Assembly: GCA_001179505.1 (NCBI GenBank)
Contig: CDMY01000798.1
Location: 1 to 19,270, forward strand
Direction: 5' to 3'
DNA length: 19,270 bases
Source: Vitrella brassicaformis CCMP3155
Taxonomy: Eukaryota > Protista > Chromerida
This document shows, in pieces, positions 1-9,488 of this stretch (its first letter is position 1; each line of letters opens with the position of its first letter). The notes beneath the pieces were generated by a model, which ran no database searches, was not told the origin of the DNA, and saw only the letters and a list, made by a program, of their open reading frames with translations. The position numbers and the translations under genes are program-made.

Positions 1-1263
1 GACGAGGACGGTGGCCATGCCGCCACTTCCCTGCGACACACAACTGGCACCGTCAAAATGCCGCGACAACAACAGCAGCAGCAACAGCAGCAGGCACCCC
101 CTAAGCCACCCACCTTGGCTGTCCATGCGTCCCCGTTCCCTGCCCATCGTGACGGCATGACCACCACAGTCCATCATCCGCCGGCAGCATCCCCGCCGAC
201 ACGATCGCCGTGCTGTGGCGGCATGGTGTGGTCCGCTTGATGCGTAACGCGTCAATGGATTTGGTGGCTGCGGTGCTGCGCGGAGCGGCCATGTGTACCA
301 AACAGCTAGGGCCGTGGGCCAAGTTGATATGCGCAACCTTCAGAGGGTACGTGAGGGAGCCTGGAGGCACCAGGCAACGGCTCATGTGTGTGTCGTGTGT
401 GTGTGTGCCTTGGCAGGTGGGCCATGTGAGCTGTCCGAGCCAGCCCACGATGGGCGGGGGAAGGCCGTTCCGGCCGTATCCCGTCCATCACCGATGGCTC
501 AGGACAACACACATGCCCTCCCTCTGGTCTGGTTGCCGAGCAGCGCTCTACCTCCATCTACGACCACCCTAGCGCCTGCGAGATGGATGGCCCACAGACT
601 CGTCACACACGACGGCAGCCAGCTGGATGGCGCCCTGGTCGAGCGCCTGCAGTTCTTCGGCCACACGCTGTTCCGCGAGGCCATCAGCAGGCAGTGGCAG
701 AGGTGGACGCCGGAGCAGAGGGCATCGGTCAAGGCGGTGCTGCTGTCCTAGGCCTTAAAGGCCATCGACGCCGTCGCCGCCGACCTGACATCCACGGCTA
801 CGGGTGCGGGCAGTGACGTGCTGCTGCGTGTAGATGCGCACGGCATCAGCTGGACCGAGAGGGTGGCGCAGCAGGTGGAGAGTGAGGAGATGGACACCGA
901 GACGGACAAGGTGGCCACGTCCATCGTGAGCATCGGGGCCGTGTTTGTCGACAAGTACGGCAGGATCAAGAACGCATGCGGCCACGCGCTCAGGTCCACC
1001 GCCGCACTCGCACAAGACATCTGCGGTGAGTGATGCTTCCGCGTACATCGCTCGTCTGTCCATCCATGGAGTCACGCTCTCTCTCTCTCTCTGTCTGTGT
1101 CTGTCGGTGTGCAGCGTATCTGGTCGGCTTACTGGCGAAGCTGGGCCAGAGGGTGATCGCGTCAGCGGCCTTCCAGCAGGGCCGCAAGGTGGATATCGAG
1201 CCACTCATCCTCTCCCACTGGCGGCACCATCCGCAGCGGCCCCTGCCCATCGTGACGGCATGA
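1..1263 (+). pseudogene. Disrupted multi-exon gene of unknown function, copy 1 (5' end may lie outside the window)
   Basis: Coding-like segments (TIAVLWRHGVVRLMRNASMDLVAAVLRG; HRLVTHDGSQLDGALVERLQFFGHTLFREAISRQWQRWTPEQRASVKAVLLS; LKAIDAVAADLT...ALAQDIC|AYLVGLLAKLGQRV) cannot be joined in one frame. A phase-consistent GT-AG intron lies at about 1026-1113. Relative to copy 2, about 239 bp is missing after 750, which creates TCC TAG at 746-751. Confidence 0.6.
64..93 (+). repeat. CAA/CAG trinucleotide run (poly-Gln-like)
   Basis: cgacaacaacagcagcagcaacagcagcag; reads RQQQQQQQQQ in ORF 58..240. Confidence 0.8.
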
Positions 1264-2262
1264 CCACCACAGTCCATCATCCGCCGGCAGCATCCCCGCC
1301 GACACGATCGCCGTGCTGTGGCGGCATGGTGTGGTCCGCTTGATGCGTAACGCGTCAATGGATTTGGTGGCTGCGGTGCTGCGCGGAGCGGCCATGTGTA
1401 CCAAACAGCTAGGGCCGTGGGCCAAGTTGATATGCGCAACCTTCAGAGGGTACGTGAGGGAGCCTGGAGGCACCAGGCAACGGCTCATGTGTGTGTCGTG
1501 TGTGTGTGTGCCTTGGCAGGTGGGCCATGTGAGCTGTCCGAGCCAGCCCACGATGGGCGGGGGAAGGCCGTTCCGGCCGTATCCCGTCCATCACCGATGG
1601 CTCAGGACAACACACATGCCCTCCCTCTGGTCTGGTTGCCGAGCAGCGCTCTACCTCCATCTACGACCACCCTAGCGCCTGCGAGATGGATGGCCCACAG
1701 ACTCGTCACACACGACGGCAGCCAGCTGGATGGCGCCCTGGTCGAGCGCCTGCAGTTCATCGGCCACACGCTGTTCCGCGAGGCCATCAGCCGGCAGTGG
1801 CAGGGGTGGACGCCGGAGCAGCGGGCATCGGTCAAGGCGGTGCTGCTGTCCTACTGCTGTCCTACCCCACTCAGCTGCCGGCCGACCATCTTCGATCGCT
1901 CATCGTCAGCGGCAGGGCCGAGGGCACAACTTCCCGACTGGTTCCTCGCCGAATAATTCACCAGTAAGCAACAGGCCCACACCCACACCCACACAGACAC
2001 ACGCGCATGCCGTTCTCCTTTTCTCAGGTCTGCTGCGGGTGCGGATATTCCGTCTGGCGACCCCTCCCTCCTCCCGCCGATGAAGGAGCTCCTGGGCAGC
2101 GAAGGCCTTAAGGCCATCGACGCGTCGCCACCGACCTGACATCGACGGCTACGGGTGCGGGCAGCGACGTGCCGCTGCGTGTAGATGCGCACGGCATCAG
2201 CTGGACCGAGAGGGTGGCGCAGCAGGTGGAGAGCAAGGACATGGACACCGAGACGGACGAGG
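138..2262 (+). repeat. Head-to-tail tandem duplication with period 1103 bp
   Basis: 138-655 matches 1241-1758 with no difference found by eye, and the ORF translations 210..572 and 1313..1675 are identical. 656-750 vs 1759-1853 has 4 substitutions. 751-915 vs 2104-2262 has about 8 substitutions and two 1-nt indels. Confidence 0.95.
1241..2262 (+). pseudogene. Disrupted multi-exon gene, copy 2 (truncated at both ends)
   Basis: An 11-bp tandem duplication (ctgctgtccta at 1843-1853 and 1854-1864) frameshifts the ORF. Removing it restores AVLLSYPTQLPADHLRSLIVSGRAEGTTSRLVPRRIIHQ|SAAGADIPSGDPSLLPPMKELLGSEGLKAID across a phase-2 intron at 1964-2027. There are two further 1-nt deletions near 2110-2125, and similarity to copy 1 ends at about 2262. 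Confidence 0.7.
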
Positions 2263-2654
2263 GGGAATCATGTCAGGATGTCGGTGTAGACGTTGGCATT
2301 TTTTGGTGGGTATGTACTTTCTGGATGCGTGACTGACTGACTGACTTATTTGTGAATGACTTTTCATGTCATGCGGTGTTCCCGTCTGTCTTTGCCACCT
2401 GACCTGACCTGACATGTTTTTCTTGCACCAGCCAGACACATACAGACACTTACTTGGCACGGACACGACTGACTGTCTGTCTGTCTGTATGGTTGGCTAC
2501 ATCCGGCTCACTCACTCACTCAGCGGTGACATACACGGTGTTTATGGTGGGTGAGTGACCTCAGTCACTGAGTAGCTGACCTCACTGACTGACTGACTGA
2601 CTGGCTGACTTTCTCGTGATGGTACGTACGTCAGTCAATGTGCGTGTCTGTCCG

Positions 2655-3585
2655 CGTGTGTGTAAGGATCACTTACTACCTCCCAGGCAGGCAGGCAACC
2701 ATGCAGGCATCACACTCGCTCCACACACCAGGCGCGTTGGCACGCAGGTGTTTTGCCCTTACTTGCGGGAGTGCACTCACTTCCTCCGCATCCGACTGAC
2801 TCACATTGCCGTCCATCCGTGCTGTTTGTTGCGGGTTTTGCCGACACCAGACAGACGTCCGTACTCGGCATCGCTCTCTTTTTCCCATCCCGACCGTACA
2901 GTACATACGTCGGCGGCACGGCAGCCATTTGAGTATTGGCGTGACTGACAACTTGGTTGGCTCTCTGTATGTATGTGTCCTTGGCCACCTCATGTGTGTG
3001 TGTGTGTGTTTGTGTGCTCCTTCATTTTCCATAGCTGCCGCTGACAGCGCACTGTCCGTCCGCACTGTTCGCCGTCACCTGTTTGCAGTGCATCACCCCA
3101 TCAGCTGTACTCGCACCCGTCACTCACCCCATCAGCTGTGTGTGTGTTTGTATGCACTCGTTACCGACTTCTCATGCAGTGCAGGGGCTGCTCGTGTGTT
3201 CTGATGTGTGTGTGTGTAAGGAGCACTACTCCCTATCAGGCAGGCAGGCAGCCACGCAGGCATCATACTCGCTCTACAGACAACCCGGCTCACTGCGGAA
3301 TGGCGGGCAGGTCTTCTGTCCCTCCGGCAGCGCATGTCCTCCTCGTCTGGCTGGTTTTGCCACACACAGGAGGGAGGAGCCCCTCTCACCCCCCGCTGCA
3401 GCATCGGTCGATCTAGTCTCATCCATCGTGTATGCGTGCATATATGTGTGTGTGTGTGTGTGAAAGGCTGTACTTACTATCTAGCGAACAGCACAGGCAG
3501 GCATCGCACCAGGCAGGCAGTCGCCACGCACAACCGGGCTGCGCACCGCGAGTGTATGCACGCGGGTGTTGTCTTGTGCCCCTGC
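2655..3585 (+). repeat. Three degenerate copies of a 105-140-bp unit (about 2655-2760, 3205-3325, 3445-3585)
   Basis: Shared order in each unit: (GT)n-aagg, then acttactac/actactcc/acttactat, then caggcaggcagg, then gcaggtgtt/gcaggtctt/gcgggtgtt, then gccc/tccc. Copies 1 and 2 share caggcaggcaggcaRccaYgcaggcatcaYactcgctc. Confidence 0.6.
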
Positions 3586-4809
3586 TGGACACAAGACGAG
3601 CCCACCCCATGCTGCTGCTGATTTGCTGAAGTTAATCCACCCATCCATCCATCATCTTGCTGCTATGTGTGCATCTCCCGATGCAGTAGAGCTCGGTGCG
3701 CTGTTCTCGTGTTCGTTCGTTGGTTTCTGTCTGTCTGTCTGTCTGCGTGTGTGTGTGTGTGTGTGTGTGCAGGTCGGCGAGAGCGGTCACCGTGGCGGAG
3801 CACTTAGGTAAGCGCATGGATGAGATACGGCACACGAGACATGAGCAAAGCTGCGTGGGGTTGCCATGGGCTACAAGCGACTCTCCTGTGTGTGTATGTG
3901 GTGGATTTTTTGTTCATATGGCGTGTCGGTGTGTCCGACTGGCGCACCGACACCACTACCTCTCACCACACCTACCTGTAGTCAGCTCCTTGCCTAATCC
4001 GTTTTGCGTGCGCCGCGCACACATTCTGTGTAGCCATTTACTCACACTGGCTGGTAGACGTAAGCTCCCACTGCGCTTGCAGTACATCACCGCGTCGCTT
4101 TTGCCGCTGCCGCACAGCAGATGTGCGCCACAAGCGCATTGCCGACTGATTTTGGTATTGTCGGAATGCAGCATGGTGGTGCGGCATGCACATCGACTTC
4201 ACTGACGACTGTCCTGGTTCACTTTGGTAGACACCCGCAGCGGCCATCACACGTGGACAAGCTTAAGTGGATTGACGACTGCTCTCTTCCCCCCTCCCCC
4301 CTTGACAGCGCTTCTTCCTCGGGAAGCAGGCGTTTGTATCGGCGTGGGTATCTGCCTAGTGTGTGTGTGTGTGTGTGTTACATGTGCACGGCTGCAGGGA
4401 TGTGATGTGTGTGCAACTGAGCAGGGATGTCTGTGTGTTCCTTGTTGATGCTTTTATGCGTGGCCATGCCGCGGATGCACTCGCTGTGTGCATGTGGGTG
4501 TGCTTTGGGCGCTTCTGCCGTTGGATGGCAGTGGCAGCATTTACAACGAAGCTGGCCGTCTCCGGCTAAGCCCGCAGACGGGGATCTTTTGAACAAACGA
4601 AACCGCAGGCCAAGATCTGTGTAGCGACGTGCTTCAGAGTCCAGACCGGCTGACGCTAAGTCATAATCACTGGCCATATTTCATGGGTATTCTATGGGTC
4701 CGCAACCCTGACCGTCCTGGTGGGCATGTGCGTTCATCAAAGGAAAAATCGATCTCATCTGAGTCGGTCACGGCAGTCCACACCACTGGGAGGGAACCAA
4801 ACACTCTCA

Positions 4810-7090
4810 CGGATATAAAACGTAAGCAGCGATGTGATGTGTGACCGGCCGGCACAGTTCCCCACACACGAACTGCCATCCGTTCAAGTACATCACCATA
4901 TCATCCGACCGACTGCTCTAAAACGGGTGGTAACCTGCAGGCCCTGCAGGCAAGGAGACCGCCTCACTCACATGCAGACCTGGGGACGAGAAAGAGACCA
5001 AGAAGGTGCGTTGCGCTGTCTGTTTCTCACATTGATGAGGCCGCCACGCCAACAGCTTGGCTGCCTGGTCGTCCAACAGGCTCTCTGGCAGACAATTGAT
5101 ATACAACCACGACCATCGATCGACACGATGGCCCCATCAAGGCCCTCGGGCACGTGCAGCAAGTACGTCGACAGACTTGACGGGTGACCACACTCGACTC
5201 GTTAGTGAGCGCCTTACATGGTTGTTTTGCGCGGCCACGGGAGCAAAAGAGTCGTCCGGATATAAAATGTAGGCAGCGATGAAAGACACCTGCAGACACA
5301 CACCGGCGGAAATGAAGGAGACATTATCGAACCTCTGTATTCGCCCCTTCCTGGCTGCCCTGCCTGGCCCAGGATGCTCGCCCACCCACTCACTCGCTCA
5401 CTCCATCTCCTCGAGCCTGCTGAAGTTGGCGGCCAGCGGGCAGCAGGGCCGACCACTGGAGAGTGGGCGGCCTTCGGGCGCGACGAACTGGTCCATGTGG
5501 TCCTGCCACTCCAGCACGGCCAGCGTCTCCTTCCACAGCACTTGCGAGTAGCTCTCCAGGGCCGGCCGCAGGCTCCCCCTCTCAGCACGGCGTTAAGCAA
5601 CACGCACAGCCCCCACTTGATAGTCGGCGCGCCCACCCACACGGCCTCCTCCTCCCCCTCGCCAACCAAAATGCCGTCGGCCCTGAGCAGCCGCTTCAGC
5701 TCGCTGGCGGCGATGAGGTCGCTGTCATCCTCATTCTCGGCCTCCTGCTTGACGGCGATGTTGAGGAGCACCGATTCCGGCGGCCGGAACCCCGGGGTGC
5801 CCTCTGGCGCCTGATCGGCGGCCAGGCGGCGGGCCAACCGCAGCGGGGTGAGGGCGCTGGTGGCTGGGTCGAGGAACGGCGGAGGGGTGCTGGTGGTGGA
5901 CTCCACCTTGACCGTGTTGGCGAGGTCGATGAAGGTCACCGACCTGCCGACATCAGCCGGCTGCTGGGGCGATGCCGACCGGAGGGCCGACCACTTCAGA
6001 ATGACGTTGCTCCTGAAGTGGTCCGGGCAGACCAGGCCGGCCAAAGCGGCTGCGATGTGGCCTTGGGTCATGAGGTCGAGGGCATTGGTGACGACCATAG
6101 GTCTTGTGCCACCGCCGCCCTCTCCTCGGCCGTCCTGCCGCTGTACCGGTCGGCGATGACCCCCACGTTGTACTCGGCCCGCCGCGTGTACTCGCCCTTC
6201 TCGTCCTTGGTGTCCAGCAGCAGATCCCGCTGCTCCACAAACTCCTCTGCAACAGACATCGAACCACACAGACAAGACAGAGAGGGACAGCCAGTGAGTG
6301 GGACCGTTGCGTGTGTCGTACTGCGTGTGTTGCCTCACACTCCTGTCACTCGAGGCATGCCGATCACCACACAGTCCACAAGGCCATCCCACCTCGGGCA
6401 TCGTGTGGCGTCGGCGTCCTCGAAGAGGAGCTGCAGAAACAGCGGGTTGCCCTCGACCTGGCGCATGCGGTCTGCCTCCCTCTGCAGCCCCGGCCCTAAA
6501 AGCCGTATATCGGCATCTTTGACCACCTTGACGACGGCGTCGATGGCCTTTGCCGGCCTCTTGGGGTGGGGGAGGCGCTTCTTGACGATGGCTGTGCTGC
6601 CGTTGCTGCCGGTGCCTATCAAATAATCGCCCTCCCCGAAGTGCAGCCCACCGTGTGGTCGGCCAGCGGCTTAGTCAGCTCGATGGTCGCTGCCTGGGCG
6701 CTGCTGCTGCTGTTGTTGTTGCTGCTGCTGCTCAGCTCTTGTGGCCGAGGCGCACCGTCGGCTGCCGACGCCGCGGCGGGCAGATCGATCACTCCACTAG
6801 ATGACGCCGCGACCGTCGGCACCGCCACAGAAGGGTCGTCCCCACCCTCGTCAATGACTGCACACATGCATCAAGACGACAGACGATGTGTCATGAGTAG
6901 ACAGTGCACTCCTTGTGTCCCCGTGTGTGTGTGTGTGTGTGTGGTGCGTGTGATGCTCACATTGTTCCTCTACATTGGCCATGGGCTCCTCATCCTCTGC
7001 CAGATCGTGGAGGCCCACAAAGTGACGCCCCGTCAACGCGTCCGACAGGGCACTCTGCAATGACGCCACAGTGGCGTCCGCTGGGCACTG
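4810..7090 (-). pseudogene. Multi-exon gene with a divergent eukaryotic protein-kinase-like domain, interrupted by several frameshifts
   Basis: Phase-consistent introns at 6960-6858, 6392-6247, 5401-5351 and later ones. Kinase subdomains appear in the correct order: LIGTGSNGS (Gly loop), AVVKVVK (beta3 Lys), LQREADRMRQV (alphaC Glu), GNPLFLQLL, EEFVEQRDLL, GLVCPDHFRSNVIL (D-x4-N), TFIDLAN (DFG position), GTPGFRPPE (APE), WGLCVLL. Frame changes are needed at about 6640-6660, 6400-6410, 6110-6130 and 5577-5583 (G run), and again at about 5110-5175 in the C-terminal part. Confidence 0.75.
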
Positions 7091-7444
7091 GTCTGTCTTG
7101 ATGTGTGGTCGGTCTTGATGTGTGGTCGGCCCGGTAGGTATCCGCGGAGGAAGGTGGGAGAAGACGTCAAATATAAGATGTAGACAACGATCTGCACAAA
7201 GCGAAGTGAGACATGCGCACAGCGGTCAATCGACGTCGTGTGTTGTGACGGCGCCGACATGTGACATGCAGATGCTGGTCGTCGTGTGGCGGTGAAGGCT
7301 TCGAACGGTCATCGGTATTGGCAGGGATGAGACGCCTGCAGAGACACGCAACGATGAGGAAAGTCAGGAGAGACAGTCGACTTGTGTACAGACCTTCGTC
7401 GTCGTTCATCACTCTAGATGGGCTGCTTCTTGCCTGCGCCAGCA

Positions 7445-7472
<28 letters not shown>
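7445..7472. repeat. (AC)14 microsatellite, representative of many intronic simple repeats in the window
   Basis: Direct reading. Other examples: (AG)11 at 13097-13118, (ATGG)6 at 10658-10681, and (GT)n tracts before many splice acceptors. Confidence 0.9.
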
Positions 7473-7475
<3 letters not shown>

Positions 7476-8151
7476 GGTATTCGCATGTCCACCAGAAAGC
7501 CATGAGTGTGTTGCTGGCTGACCTGCGGTGCTAATATTGTTTATTCTGCGGCCTTCTAGTGGGCTTGCTGGTGCCTTCTAGTGGGCTTATTCTACCTTCT
7601 TACGGGCCTTTCTGTCGTGCCCTACCTCTCTCTGTCCCTGCCTTGGCCCTCCGGTCGTTGTGGTGAGCACCACCCACACCCACCCACCCACCCACCCATC
7701 CACCCACCCACTCGTATGTAGAATATGTGTGGTATGCATCCAGACGTACACACGCACACACGCGCACAAAATGACTGGCTGACCGACCACAAAACACACC
7801 AACGAAGCAAGCGATGCCCCCGTCCCAGCATGATAAGGACAGCCAAAGTAAGATCTTACTACACGCATGCACCCACGGCCCGACACCTCTGGAAAGGTGC
7901 CAGGACGGAGGTGCATGGGTGGAGAGGAGAGGTGCCTCCATCACTCCCTGCCTCTCTCAGTCCGCAGCCACGCACACACAGGCATCCATCCACCCACCCA
8001 CCCATCCAGCCAGCCACACAGCCTGCCTCCCTGGTGTCCATCTGTCTGTCTGTCTGTCTGAATGCATGGCACAATGAGAGTGAGCGTATGTAAGGGCAAG
8101 CAGCCACACCAGGCAGGCCATCACGCACACTCACCCACACACACACGTGAC

Positions 8152-8333
8152 TTCCAAAGATGATTGGGGGTTAAGGGCGAGAGAATTAGGCAGAGGTTTT
8201 CGAAGGGGGCCGTGCCGGACAGCTGCACTGCCCACACACCCACACACACAGACCAGTGGGCATCACCCAGTGCTGGTCCACCGCTCGAACGCACCTCTTG
8301 CTTGATGTCTGCCGGTAGCTGACCGCGAGTCAT
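8152..8333 (-). other. Possible pair of coding exons of an unresolved minus-strand gene (MTRGQLPADIKQE|LSGTAPFENLCLILSPLTPNHLW)
   Basis: ATG at 8333; GTGCGT donor at 8294 and TGCAG acceptor at 8223 give a 72-nt phase-0 intron. Another minus-strand GTGAGT donor lies near 8725. Downstream exons could not be linked. Confidence 0.25.
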
Positions 8334-9488
8334 TTTCACAGAGTGAGACGATGAAGGGAAACTTCTGCAGACGCGCCTTGTCGTCGACGGCGGCGCTACT
8401 CACAGAATGTGCTCAGCTTTCCTCGTCTGTTTCCGCTCATCGGCTTTTTCACTGGAAGGGAAAAGAAAGAGTTGTCTGTGAAGCATCAAAGGCAAAGTTG
8501 GTGTACTCTGAAGACCTGATTCATCGAATACATCATTCACCTGTTGAGGACTCCGTCGATAACAGGAGACGACCATCAGGAAAAAAGCCCAAAATTCTCT
8601 GCTGCACACAGACATGCCAACAGGGCATATGAGACCACCACAGCGATAAAACGGACCAAGCAGTCTTCGGGTCGTGTCATTCCATAACCGCAGCCAACCC
8701 GAAGACATGACACGTGGTACTCACCTGAGAGGATGTTTGAAGACAAAGGAAGGCGTCGTCTCACTCAGTTGACGCCAGAGAGGTGTCAGGAGTCGCCAGC
8801 TGTTCAGCAGACGGCAGAGCGCCACCGCCTGAGGCCTCGCTTGTGGCACGGCGTAGAGGAGGGAAGGGTCAGTTTTCATCCGAATGAGTTGGGAGGGGTA
8901 GAGGAGGATAAGGCGGACCACATCAGCCAAAAAGCAGTTGAAAAGAAAAAGAAACGGGGCATCTGTAGCCGAAAGAAGGCTTAGAAGCCGAGCGGACGGG
9001 TATTGTGAGAAACGGGACGAAATTTCTGTCTCGAATCTCGAATTTCTCGTCCCGTCTCCAATTCTCGCCGAGGGAGATCATTGCTTGGGCATGTGTTCGC
9101 GAGGAAGGAGATAGGCTTGAGACGCCCTGTGGGCGCCTGGGGTCAAAGACTGAGCTCGCGCATTCCTTCGGAAAACTTTCTTCGGTCAGCCACTGCTTGA
9201 AGTAGCCCGGCAAGCTGAAGCTACTAGCGCCGCAGGCTGGAGTTTGCCCAAGGGTTCGTTCGTAAGGGTTTCTGCCGCCTGAAGACCCTCGCCTCCAGCA
9301 CCGGCGCACCTCGTCGTCGGCACTACCTGCGACGATCCTGTGGTGAGGGGACGAGTTGAAGCAGGTCGCCTCTGCGCGAAACAGCACAGAGAAAGGCCGG
9401 GCTTACTTTCACGTCGCGTGTGCGCACGTGTGTGTGTGTGTGTGTGTGCAGAGGAAGCAAACTGATTGACTCAGTAACCGGCAGGAAA

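Noticed and set aside
5463-6626. 387-aa plus-strand ORF
   Set aside because: Antisense shadow of the GC-rich kinase-like gene. The motifs, splice signals and third-position bias are all on the minus strand.
7095-7588. Short direct repeats (gtcttgatgtgtggtcg x2 at 7095-7128; gccttctagtgggctt x2 at 7551-7588; also tcaccccatcagctgt x2 at 3093-3139) as CRISPR-like or element ends
   Set aside because: Only two copies each, no spacer array, eukaryotic context; consistent with local slippage duplications.
8923-9387. 154-aa minus-strand ORF upstream of TMEM115
   Set aside because: No motif, no codon bias and no linked splice pattern; probably promoter/UTR sequence.
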